The notes beneath the pieces are model-generated. The model was not told the DNA's origin. It did not search any database and saw only the letters and a program-made list of their open reading frames with translations. A stretch of 63,850 nt of DNA, filler included, from Intoshia linei (Eukaryota; Animalia; Orthonectida): assembly GCA_001642005.1 (NCBI GenBank). It is 8 parts of 8 records of this genome, joined end to end, with 100 filler letters (N's around TTAATTAATTAA, not from the genome) between each part and the next. Parts side by side here need not be neighbours in the genome. Positions count along the whole stretch, not along the records: positions 28,042 to 42,502 come from LWCA01000957.1; positions 42,603 to 51,106 come from LWCA01001457.1; positions 51,207 to 57,198 come from LWCA01001722.1; 5 more parts are not named here. One strand, given 5' to 3'. Both the position numbers and the translations under genes were made by a program. Of the stretch, positions 39,225 through 51,872 are shown one piece after another; position 1 is the first letter of the stretch, and each line of letters opens with the position of its first letter.

Positions 39225-39870
39225 ATGTTTCTCCGTTTATCAAAATATTCAATTTTTTATACCAAAATATTTAAATTCCCTTCCAGGGCATTCGATTCGT
39301 GTAGGGTAGGTTTTATTTTTTAGTTTTCATTTTGTTTAGAATTATGGACAAAGTAGTGATGAAAATGATGACGTTTATTCCATAGACGGGACAGCAAACG
39401 TTGTTTTACCAAATCCACCCTATGCTGGACGAACGTATGACATAAATATCGTTTCAGGCAGAATTGACGCTATAGTGGCTGCGGGACTCAACATTTCCAG
39501 AGCGTAATGCTCCTTTTCTATTTGTAAGTTTATCCTAGGAAAGCGATCGATAAGTGTTTGACTGGTAAATTGTTCATTTACATTTTATAGCATTTAGGGT
39601 GTGTTTATGTCAACGCCGCGTTGCTGTTGAAAAAATCTTGGCAGGTTTTTTATATTTTCCCAAAATATCTTACATTAGGGCAAAGAAGGAGATGTTATTG
39701 ATGTACGAGATGAATCGCCAATGAACAAGGAAGAAACTGAACAATTCCCAGTACGTAGGGTAAAGGTTGATAAAATATCATCAACTGAAAGTAAAAGAAA
39801 AAATACAACCCTGACTACCTGGAGAAGAATATTTAATGTAAATTCAACACAGTACACAAATGGAAAATAA
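39225..39870 (+). CDS. MTRES1: Mitochondrial transcription rescue factor 1 (S4-like domain), 5 exons
   Basis: Presequence-like MFLRLSKYSIF, an acidic patch, then RIDAIVAAGLNISRAKA..VYVN...KKSWQGKEGDVIDV. Confidence 0.8.
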
Positions 39871-39926
39871 ATTACGTACAAAATTTATATATACATTGGG
39901 TGAAATTTACACTAACTGTACATGAT

Positions 39927-41971
39927 TCATTCATCGTTCATACTACTGATTGAGAGTATGTCACTGTCATCGTCGCTTTCGCTATTTTCATCAGATTCAC
40001 AATCACTAGCTTCACTAGAACTACGCATAAATTTCTTTTTGTTTTTATTGATTTTAAGGGGAGATTCCTCATCTCTAGACGATTTTGGGACTATTTGGGT
40101 CTTTTCTTCTGATTTAATTTCTCTTTGCAAAGCCAATATTTTTGTTGATTTTGATTCTTCTTCTAGCATAGTTTCAAGTACATTCAATACAGAATTTGGT
40201 ATAAGGCAACCTATTAGAAAATATATTGCCAGAAAGTAGTACATTTACATTTCGGTGGTACCCATGGGATGACTTGTTTTAATCACCAGTTACGGTTCAA
40301 TACTATTTATTGATAAATATGTCAGTAAAGAATTCTATAAAAAAAGTCAAAACTCATTTAAAACCAATAAAAAGTAATCATGGCGATCTGTACAGAACCG
40401 TTTTAAGGCATGGGCAATATGGGCTGTAGCTGAAGTGGCTTAAGACGGCTCTGGATCTGTACCGGTTATGACTTTTACAACGCATCATTATTCTGATTTA
40501 TTTTAGTATATTACAAAATTTTAGAGCATATTTTTTTAACCGGAGTGCTAGAAAAACTTTTTAATTTATACTATATCTCCCCAAGTGGATTCTTTAAATC
40601 GATCGTTTTTTTGTCTATAAATTAAAATGTTCCATATTAATAGGGTGGTTTTTATAAGTGTCAATAAAATAAGATTTTTACGTTGGATTTTAAGGTATCA
40701 TTTTTTACAGACGTGCTAAATTTAAAAAAGGATAAAAAACCAGTTTTGGAGCGATAATAATTTTATAATGTTTATAATCTTTGATAGAAATTTTCAAATA
40801 TTGTTCCAATAAAAATTTGACAGTATAGACTAGTCACTACTGGTTCTGAGACTAAAAACCACTTCATTGTCAAAATTAAAAATACCTAAAAGTTTTTTGC
40901 AAACTATACGTAATAATGTAGATCCAGAGCCACCTCTCCACGGTATCAGATAGGTAGATTTGATAGTCTTCATTTTCAATTTAATTCAAAAAGTTTGATA
41001 ATAAAATGTGTTTTTAACAGGGAAGAAATAAATGTTACAAAGAAATTTATGATAAAACACTGAGTGAGAAAAACTAAGAATTCTACTTTTAAATGTTCTA
41101 CGTATCTTAGTTTTTATAAACCAGGAACATACAGATGTTCCCTAAGCACCCAATAGATGTACATAAAAAAATTTGAATTATTAGCGCGCTATGTAAAAAA
41201 GGTTGATAAACACTGCACTACTGGGTCAGACAACTAAATTAAAATATACCGACAACTCGTTTATCTGATGTTGTAACTAAACGCACAATTTGTATTTTCG
41301 CATCGTAATTCATTCTGAATAGCGACTTTTCAATAGTTTTCCAAACACTCAATACAGAACCACTGAGAACATTGTAAGTTCTGAATCGCATACCATTTTC
41401 ACATTTCATACCCATTTTTAATTGCCGACAAGCACCTTTTCTAAACTTGTGAATACATTGAATTGAGGAAGCTTCATAAAACCATTCCCAATAAGTTTTA
41501 GCTTTTTCATTATCAATCTAATTTAACAATTGATAATAAAAAGTTGACTCAAATACGGTACCTTAACATAATTTCGCTTCATTGCATCCAATTTCATTTT
41601 TTTGTTGCACTTTCCAGTATTGGGTCTGTAAATTATACACTTGCTATCATTTGAAATATTTTTATCCACAAATTTAGCATATATAATTATTTTTTTTGTA
41701 TTTATATCCTAAATATAGAATACATATTGTTAACGTATTTGCTTACACTTTTCAATATATAAAAACCGTCCAAATCAGATATGGATTCTTTACAAACACC
41801 ACAAACTATTTTCCAGTTCATACCACGTTGAACGTGTAACTAAATAAATACTTAAAAATTTTATTTAACTATTAACCTCGTGTAAATAAATTTTAGTCTG
41901 GGATCCAGAATATACTCCGCTAAAAACCTTAGTTTTTATTATATCTACTTTGTCCGAATCAGAACCAATAT
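39927..41971 (-). CDS. SBNO1: Strawberry notch homolog, C-terminal exons only
   Basis: DIGSDSDKV, VQRGMNW, DGFY, IYRPNTGK, CENGMRFRTYNVLSGSVLSVW and QIVRLVT...VVGCLIP. Confidence 0.9.
40393..40453. mobile_element. 61-bp micro-MITE (hAT-type)
   Basis: CAGAACCGTTTTAAG / CTTAAGACGGCTCTG. Perfect TSD GATCTGTA. Confidence 0.8.
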
Positions 41972-42872
41972 CTAAAATAAATCTAATAAACAATAATATT
42001 TAGTTTTGCACAGCCAAACACCATCATACAACTACATTTACACATTACTCAATTTTGGATTGTTAATTAAAAAATTAAGCCTTTTTATACGAAAATTTAC
42101 GTATAAATTTAAAATAGAAGAATGAATAATCAGTGCCGAACCTATCGTACCCAGAGATTCCTCTTCGGAGTGACGACGACATTTTAATAAAAGTGCCCTT
42201 CAGTTTTTCAAATTGAGTATTAAACATAATATATTCTTGAATATCACAACTATTTTGTGTATTAAAATTAAAGTATCGAGTCAAAAATTTTTAGTCTTAG
42301 ATCGGTGGCTAGGAATTATGAGTACGTATCGTTTGAAAATTTTTTATCAATTACGTTAAATCTGTGAGGACTTAGATACTTAATTAGAAATTTTTTTTTG
42401 AACTTTCAATTTATTTTATGATTTAAAGACAAAAATTCATATGCCATATATTAGGTCGTTTTTATTGTAACTTTATTATAAATCATTATATCTTTACGAA
42501 TANNNNNNNNNNNNNNNNNNNNNNNNNNNNNNNNNNNNNNNNNNNNTTAATTAATTAANNNNNNNNNNNNNNNNNNNNNNNNNNNNNNNNNNNNNNNNNN
42601 NNGAAATGTGGACTTTATAAAATTCTAAGACTGGTAGTTATTTCAATAAAGTGGAATACACACATAAATAAATATTGCTTAGCATATTATTTAAGTGTAA
42701 GAATGTCATTTTTCAAATCTCACATATGATATTTTGGTGTGTAACGGTTAATAATCTGAATTTGATATTTCAAAAAATTAAGGTTGCAACGGAGATAGAA
42801 TTGTACATATTTTATTAATGTTTTTATCATTTTTATTACACACTCAAAGAGTTAATAATATATTATTTTAAG

Positions 42873-45800
42873 GTATCAAATAATCTGGATAAAGATGTAA
42901 CAGTTGTTGTATTTTTAATTTTCCCAACATTTACCAACAATTATAACTTTGAATCACTCAAAGGACAGCAAGTAGCTAAAAGCACTAAAGCCACAGTTGA
43001 TGAAATTTTAAAAAATGTTTCCGCAAGACTGTACGATGCTTGTTTGAGACACCAATCACCAACAGATATTAAATTATTGCATTCTGATGACATTGTTAAA
43101 TTAAAAAAATCAATTCTTCTTTCTCACGTACTGTTAAAATTTTTTAGTTATGTAAAATAATTTAGCGAAATGAATTACCTCCCATAGTCACTCATAACAT
43201 CATCAATGATCATAAGGACAAGATACTTAACACCTTAAGAAGAGTTAAACTCTTTAATAATGGTTATGACCGTGTAAAAGTAATAATTACATTTTTATCA
43301 TTATATAAATCTTTAGGTCATTTATCACCCAGAGTTTTTATCTTCTACAAATGCAATATTTAATATTGACTATATCGATTTTGTTAGAGGTTGCCATTTG
43401 GGAGTATTTCCTTCATATTATGAACCGTGGGGATATACACCTGGTATTAATATAAACGAGGGTGGTCAACCGATTACTTATTAACGTCACATCAAGTAAC
43501 GCATAATGTAATTAATATTTAGTCAAGTCTTATACTATTATTATTTGAATGTTTGTTTTAATCTTTTTATTTGAAGCTAAAAATGACAAAAAATTTATTA
43601 TTTTCAAAATTATTAAATTATTAGATAATGGTTGAACACCCCGATATATAAAAATATTTTTAATTATAATTCTATAATTATTGTTAAAATACTCTAGGAA
43701 TCTAAATTTTAATACATATATTTTATAGCTGAATGTACTATAGTTGGAGTTCCTAGTGTAACTACTAATCTTAGTGGCTTTGGATGTTTCATGCAAAAAT
43801 ATGTCAAAAACCTAAAATCGTATGGTTTGTATATCGTTGATCGACGTTTCAAATCTTGTGAAGAATCTATTGATCAATTGGCAAACGTAAGTTAATTGAA
43901 TAAATAATTTATGGATGCAACTTTAGAAGAAGGCTTATTATTTTAGAATAATTTATAATATCATTTTGATCCTTATGAAATTATTATGAAAAAATAAAAA
44001 ATTCATTGTAAGTAGAAACATCATAGCCATTCAATTAAAATTAAAGTTTCGGGTGATTAGATTAAATGAAAAAAGAATATTACATTAAGAAGTAAAGTTT
44101 GAGAGTGACAGAGAATCATAGAAAAGTAAAACTATGAACATTTTCATCAATCAAATAAATATACAGCAATAGGGAGCACCATCCTAGGTAGTATAGATAA
44201 ACTTCAGATTTGATCTGATAAATATTATTACAGTCTTAATGATTTACCTGTGGTGAGTTCAAAATTTAATTTTCAAACGGTTAAACTACTGTATCATGTC
44301 TAAGAGTAAATAAGAATTACTAACATCTACTGTATGGATTATTAGCCTTTTTCCGCTTTGGCACCTCAAAAATTTAATAAACTTAAAATAAAATAAATAA
44401 AAATAATTTCAACGTTTATTTCGAGTGATAACTTCAACAATGTCATCGATAATTGAGTTTTAAATATGATTACGTAGACGGTTTGACTTCATGATATAAT
44501 ACATGACACAATGGTCGAACAGTAAATGTACTGATGTTTTTCAGTTTCATCTTCATATTTAAAAGTAAAACGAAATTCTACATAATTATCATTCCATTGT
44601 CTTCTTTTAGATATCGTTAGTATGTTTAAAATTTTATAATCCTTTACTTATATAAAAATGAATTTTTGTGTGTGTAACTATTTATTGAAAAAACTCCAAA
44701 ATTTATTAACCCTTTCACTGTCTGTGTATTCTATACTATATACAGCAATTTCACTTCACACGTCTGTGTATTCTATGATATACACAGCATAATTTGAAAA
44801 ACTTTAATTTTTTTATTTTCATACATTTTCACATAGGTAATTTAAAAATAATACAAGTTTAAATTAAAAAATAAATTCCAGACGTGTTTGTGTGATAGTA
44901 CATAAAATTGCATCAGAAAGTGAAAGAGTTAAAACATACACACTGGAACACGTTTTAAATGAATTAAAATTGTCGTTAATCGCAGCCTATGAAACGCATA
45001 CCTTCATGGTCAAAACCTCAGATTACCCTTTGTTATAAAAATGAATTATATACTAAAATTTTTTTAAACATAAATTCTGGGATAGTTTTTAAAATCATAA
45101 ACATTATCATAAATGAAAACTTCAAAAAAATAAATTTTTACGATCAAAACCCACAATACCATTTTTTTTAAAATGAAAACTGCCCTAGACTTTAAAAAAA
45201 CCTTGGGGCATGCACCGGTTAAGAACCACTGCACTAAAGGGACAATTTATGGCCAACCTGTCATGATCTATCATGTTTAGAATATATTTAAATCCATTTT
45301 TATAAATGTTATCGCATTAGTTGGGTCAGGGTCAATTTGTATAGGATTCGGGTTTATTATTTTAGCTAAAAATCATAGTTCGTAGACAGTGATATGACAT
45401 TTTGCTGGATTTATAGTTAATCCATGTTTTTTAATTTTTAAATATGGTAATCAAGTCGTATTAGTGTTGTTCCGTTTATTCAGAAGCGATGTTAATATCA
45501 TCGATATATAAATTAAAGTTTGTAAGTCCACAGAGTTTTATATCCATGGTTCGTTGAAAAGTAGCTGTACCGTTGGTTAACCCTATGGATTTACATTTCG
45601 GTAAATTGATAGAAATGTTTTTCATAAGAAGTGTAAAATGATGTCGTATGGCGATTACATAGTTTAATTGGGATTTGTCTATACTTTGTTAAGGTCTAAC
45701 GAAGAGAATATTAGATAATTTTTTTGTGTAACTGATCAATAATATGCTGTTGATTAGGCGGTGGGCATTGATCCTTGATTGTGTAGCTTGGAACATAAAA

Positions 45801-46621
45801 TCGAAGCTATAGAGGGTATAAATAGGAAATTTAAGGTTGTCACAAGACACCAAGATGAATGTTGGTCTGCAATCTATGAAGTGCGAAACGAGTTCTTAGT
45901 TGCGGATTTGAGTTAATGTCTCATAAATAACTGACATGCATAACATAGAATGCACATACAGTGAAGGGTTAATAAGAATACAGTGAGAACAATGTATGTT
46001 CTCAATTTGAAGTACATAAGGGCAAAAAATCATTGACATTGACGTTCGGTTGATAAATACAAATAATGGTGACTATTTGTGCCTTCGTATAGTTTTAATC
46101 ATTAGTCGCAAGCTGTCATTAAATTCATAAAGTTTATCATTGAATTTAAATTATATGTTAATTTAGTACATGCTTGACTTTTGCAAATTATCAAGAAAAC
46201 AAAGAATAGTTTTGCGTAACCGTAATCAAAGATTATCGGATATTTTAGATTGGAGGACTTTAGGAATAGTAATTTACAATTCCAATTAAATTTAAATTAA
46301 TGATAAAATTTACATTTAATTTCATAGAGTACAAAACTGCAATATCAACAATGTTGAGTTAACATTAATTTTTTATTATTTTATTAAAATTTTTAAAATT
46401 AAAATTATTGTCTCCATAGGCACACTTTTTGTGAGTCATAATAATATATATTCTTACTTATATAATACACATACACACAAAAAAATATTGCGTAGTATAT
46501 TATATATAAGTATATATGTTTATGAATTTTTTAAATTGCCATAATTTAGTATTATCGTAAAGCAAGATGCAAGGCACTAATTAGAAAATATCCTGAAATT
46601 GATTCAGATGAGGATTATTCA
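42873..46621 (+). CDS. GYS: Glycogen synthase (GT3), central to C-terminal exons; 5' part missing, last exon uncertain
   Basis: [64 protein letters not shown] and [13 protein letters not shown]. Confidence 0.95.
44710..44928. mobile_element. piggyBac-type MITE inserted just after a Helitron 5' end (44640)
   Basis: TTAA|CCCTTTCACT ... AGTGAAAGAG|TTAA. A second matching end, GTGAAGGG|TTAA, lies at 45961-45972. Confidence 0.65.
45300..45880 (-). pseudogene. Decayed Gypsy reverse transcriptase in a glycogen synthase intron
   Basis: [30 protein letters not shown] and [10 protein letters not shown], with stops. Confidence 0.8.
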
Positions 46622-46673
46622 GTAATTTTTGTATTTTCTAATATATAATTATATATAAAAAAATAAATTGGTA

Positions 46674-48205
46674 CAGTATTGGCGATATAATTATAATAAT
46701 TCATAAAAAATTGTAAATATGGTTATATCTTTTGTTATTTTAACATTATATTATAATATAGAGCAAATATAGAAAGCTGAATTTTCATTCATTTAGAAAA
46801 TGCATTGTTAAGCATTAAAACATTACTCCAACAAATAATTAATTCTAATTCAAATGCGCATCTAAAATATTGCGTATTTAGATTAACANATTGTTAAACA
46901 TTAATCCAACAAATAATTAATTCTAATTCAAATGCGCATCTAAAATATTGCGTATTTAGATTAATAAAAATAAAGAATTAATTAATAATAATATAATTTT
47001 ATTTTTATCACACTATAGAGACAAAAATATGAACTTCTCTTTGCTGTTCACGTAATCGGTGCTAATATCGTTTTAATATAAATGCTATCATTGTTATAGT
47101 TCTGCACGTTTATTTTTATTTTTGAAATTTCTTTATCTGCTATGGGAAAAACACAGGACATTTCTTCTAAAAAAAGAATCTATTATAATTGGTTTAATAG
47201 AAAATACTAATTGGAGTCAAAACAAAATTTGTGATAGAATTGGTGTATCGCAATCATATGTCTCTTTGCTAAAAAAAAGTAACTCAAAAAAGGACGGATT
47301 GAATGTTTTCAAAAGGAAAAACTGTGGCAGGAAAAATGGGAAAGATGAAAAAACAGATAGAATTATTATTAGAACCGCACTGAAAAACAGAAATTCCAGC
47401 TGCAATGAAATCGTATCTAAACTTAAAACCAAAAATATTAATATACCAAGAAGAACAGTGAACCGTAGACTTGTAGATGCAGGATACAAATCATAAAAAA
47501 AACTTCGAAAACCCCTCCTTTCTACACGAATGGAAAGTTACATCAAAATTGGAAAGAGAACGATTGGAGTAAGGTTAGTGCTTTCAATATTAACAAAAAT
47601 ATAATTATATTTAAATTAATGAATTAATATTTTGGAGGAAATATATTATTTTTTAGGTTATATTCTCGGATGAATCAATGATAACTGTCATGTGTGATCG
47701 ATCAACTCGAGTTCGGAGAAAATCCAGTGAATCCTCAAGATCAGATTGTGTAAGACACACTATAAAATTTCCAGCGAAAGTGATGCTCTGGGGTGCTATA
47801 TCCGTAAAAGGTATGAGCAAATTGAAGATAATTAAAGGAACAATGAACCAAAAAGTGTACAAGAATGTGATGGCATTATTTATTATTATAAATGAAATTC
47901 CCCATTTTAACAAGATTCTGCACCATGTCACAAAGCAAAGTCTATAATGACGTTCTTTGAAAATAAGGGTATTAAACTATTGAAATGGCCAGGAAATTCT
48001 ACTGATATGAACCCAATTGAAAATATTTGGTCAGTTCTAAAGGATAAAGTTCATAAAGTAGAAATTAATACAAAAACACAATTGATTGATCGATTACACA
48101 AGGTTTGGAACCATTCTATAAGAATTAAAGAAAGAGTTGATTATTGGGATGCCTAGAAGAATAAATACTCTCATTAGTGCTAATGGCGGTTCAACAAAAT
48201 ATTCA
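46674..48205 (+). mobile_element. Decayed Tc1 (DD34E) transposon whose transposase contains an intron
   Basis: TA|CAGT left end. ATG at 47142. DWSK|intron 47574-47656|VIFSDES, VMLWGAIS, QDSAPCH, KWPGNSTDMNPIENIW and MPRRI..ANGGSTKY. Confidence 0.9.
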
Positions 48206-49089
48206 GTTGGTATATGTGTACCTAAATATACGCTACATTACTATCTAAAATTTTGTTTAATTTTCTCTAGTGGTTATTAATGGTATTACTAGATAGTATA
48301 GTATTAACTAGATACACTAAAAATGTTACCATTCGTATAATTATTCCTTTTCACTTATGATTTAAAATATAATGTAGACGACTATAAATAAAAATCTCAT
48401 GTAGAAATTAAAAATGATAATGATAAAGTGATGTTCCCAATAAGACCTTTTAAATCAAATCAATTGATTAATATTGGTAATGATAATATTACCCATGAAC
48501 CAAAAAATTAATTGACAGATGCGTCTACGAAAAAAATAATTTATGAAAATTCAGATTCTAATGTAAATATAATGAACGCCTCTGAAAAAACATTAAAGAG
48601 CGATAGTATTATAAAAAGCGCATTATTAATGAGAATAATAGGATCATCTCCATATCCTTTATCTGGAGTAAGACATAGTAATCTTTCTTTGACGTTTTCC
48701 ATGGCTTCAAAGACACTCTTATAATTAATCTTTCTCTGATAGTTTAAAGTTTGAGGAATTATACGATGGGCTATTGTTACCTTTTGGTTATCATCGCCAC
48801 AATTCTAGGGTCTGGTTGCATTATAGAGTTATCAAGTTTTTTTAGATTAGATTCTTGATGATTTACTGTTTTAGGAGTCGGTTTGGCTTTTAAATTGTTC
48901 AATTTGACATTGCTCAATATGGTATAGTCTGTGTCTCTGAGCAATCCTGCATCGTGACAAATGGGCAACGGAGATGATATTGTAGTGAATTGCTCATCGA
49001 AATTCCTGACACTGCTTTCTTTAGAAGAGGCTCCTATGTTACATAAGTGATCTATTTGTTAAATAATTCTTTTTAAATAATAATTAGTT

Positions 49090-49861
49090 GAATCGTTTTA
49101 TTTCCTTTTACATAAGTCCTTTGTAACCACACTTATGACATAAAGATTTCCTTGTCGGACACTGAGCATAAAATGCGAGATTTTTTGCAGCACCGCATCT
49201 AAAAAATTTTTTTTCGACAATATCTGATAATCCTTGACCGAGTTAACATGGTTAAAATTATAATTATGCATACTTTCAAAATTCAAACAAATTTGACTCT
49301 AATTTTGCATTATTACAGCCTTTTATGAATACGTCCAGTAAAACTTCATCTACATTTACAGAATAGTTACATTCTTTATACATAGAATGCACTCGGAAAA
49401 ATAAACTATGTAAGGTTCATTTATTTCCCTTTTTGCTTTCAAAAATAATTGTCTTTTTACCAGATTATTGGAATTTTCCCATATTTTAATAACATTCGTC
49501 ATGTCATCAAATGTTGGCTTCACTGATTTTTTTGTCTGTATTTCTTCATCTAATCGGGACAAAGCCAACATACCCAAACAGATTTTATACACTGCAATTT
49601 TTGTTATCTCTGATGGACCATATTGTAATGCTAAGAATATATCTAACATTTGCAACCATTTATCTACAGGCTGAGACAATTTTTCGTAAAAATTAATTAA
49701 TGGTTCTTGTTGACCAAATTTTCGTTCCATATAGATTCAATTCAATAAGTTTCAATAGAATCAATAAATACCTAATATTAATAGTCCTCTCTGCCAATGT
49801 AGTATTTTACAATATGAATTAAAACACTCTTGTACAATAATAGAATTTAATGACAATTACA
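49090..49861 (-). mobile_element. 5' end of a Gypsy-like element: short LTR, PBS, decayed gag
   Basis: TGTAA...CTACA at 49861-49798, then PBS-like TGGCAGAGAGG. gag from 49730 with zinc-knuckle relics FRCG..CP...CHKCGYKG. Confidence 0.7.
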
Positions 49862-49909
49862 ACTTCAATGGTAACTATATAACAACAATTTGTATCTACG
49901 ATACCACAA

Positions 49910-51106
49910 GTAGAAGCCGCTTATATTGATCATATTGGGACAGAGCAGTTTTGATCACTAAGCGGATTTTTCAAATGTAGATAACTTTATTTGTTTAAAT
50001 ATTCGATGAAAGTTATGGATACGAAATATTACATAAAAATACTTGAATAACATTTATTTGGACAAGAAATAATATCAATTTTAGATTGTATTTTATTTTT
50101 ATGTAATAATTCTTGAATTAATCGATTATACTCGTAATGCTTTTTAAAGCTTTTAGATATTTGTTGTACACCTCGACGTAGTACATTCAAGGCATCTTGT
50201 AACTCACGATTGGTTACTGGTGTCTCTAAAAATAAAAATATACTTTAAAAATAATAAAATTTTAAATTCTTCTAATATTATATATATAATTAAATATTAT
50301 CATATAAATTAAATATTTATTTCTTCGTATATACATTAGGGCTGTTCGTTTATACAAAAGTTGATTTTTGTTGAAAATACCTTATACCACGCTGAAGAGA
50401 GCACTTAAAAACATTTAAAAAATATATTTTTAGAAAAATTTACCGCAAAAACATTAAGCGGTTTTCCTTTAGAAGGTTTTCGCGCGTTTTTTTCCATTTT
50501 TTGATAATTGGCGCCAATGATTTTATTTTAAACATGGATACGATTAATGTACGACCACCTAAGACATATACTAAATTTGGAGAGAAAAAATGAAATATTT
50601 AACCTCACAGGGTTCATTCTCCTCAAGTTCATTGGTAACATCTACATTAAGTGGATAAGGAAGTAATATGTCATTTCGATTGAAACACTCTAAAATTTTA
50701 CTTTCTAATATTTGAGATAACTTTTGAATTTTATCTGTTTTTCTCCTGCAAGTGAATCAGGCAGGAGCCCAGTCATTTATAGTAAATTTACATGCATCAA
50801 CGACGGTATCACTTCTGTCAGCACTTAATAAATAATATTTTAACAAATAATTGGCTTTATTATTCCATTTGATCGAGCATTTGATAAAGGTCCAAATTTA
50901 CGTATAGAGATAATAGTTGAGATAATGATATAGTATGATGATGATATAATAGTATAGAGATAATGCCAGTTCCGAAATAATTTGATAACCATTGTATAAA
51001 ATTTACTTCACGATTGTTAACGAAAAAGAAGGATATATTGGACCCAATGCTATGTTGGTTGATGTGGTATCACATATAACCATTGTAATTTTTTGAGAAA
51101 TAGAAT
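49910..51106 (-). mobile_element. Highly decayed Tigger/pogo remnant
   Basis: Tigger-like terminus near 49910 and fragments such as VTNRELQDALNVLRR. Confidence 0.4.
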
Positions 51107-51206
51107 NNNNNNNNNNNNNNNNNNNNNNNNNNNNNNNNNNNNNNNNNNNNTTAATTAATTAANNNNNNNNNNNNNNNNNNNNNNNNNNNNNNNNNNNNNN
51201 NNNNNN

Positions 51207-51872
51207 CAATGAAGCTTTACTGATGGGATATGTACGATATTTGGATAGAAACGATAATATATGTGAAGAGTTACTATTTTATGAATTATTAGAAGGTGAT
51301 TCAAAGGGTCATACCATTCACTCACATCACATCTACACATCTCACTTTTTTGCTTTTAGAGCAGATATGCATAAGAATTTTTGGATTAAACAACGCCACC
51401 TGTATCCGATATTATGGAAAAAAGTAAAACTTTTGCTGTTACCATTTCCTTCCTCCTATCTTGTTGAAAGAGGATTCAGTGCGGTTGTAAATTTGCTTAT
51501 AAAAAAAAAGAAATAGACTAAAAATAGAAAAACGTGATGATTTTAGACTTTTTCTTTCGAACATTGATCCTGATCTTGATAAGTTGTGACAGGCTCATTA
51601 ACCTCAGGGTGCTCATTAATTTTTGAATAAATATCTTATATGGTGAATAATACGTTTTATCATTAAATTTTGTGGAAATCATGCGATAGTTTTATTTGTC
51701 TGCTAATTCTACTTCACTGCTTAGGTCGCTACCACAATATGTAATTTATTACATCGGAAAAAGTTTGACGATTTAATCTGTTTATATCGATTGTATTCAA
51801 TTTTAATGGTGGCGCTATTATGTGAAAATTTTATAAGGGGGGCACTGGAAAATAAAATGTTGGGAAACACTG
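51207..51872 (+). mobile_element. Internally deleted hAT Buster/Charlie (ZBED5/SCAND3-like) transposon, 3' part
   Basis: LMGYVRY..ICEELLF joined to YPILWKKVKLLLLPFPSSYLVERGFSAV..KKNRL. Right TIR TTGGGAAACACTG. Confidence 0.9.

Noticed and set aside
46820-46965. Near-exact ~70-bp tandem duplication
   Set aside because: A single N lies between the copies, typical of an unresolved assembly overlap.
48512-49050. Open frames on both strands between the Tc1 and gag relics
   Set aside because: This may be a host terminal exon, but no consistent model or homology could be established.
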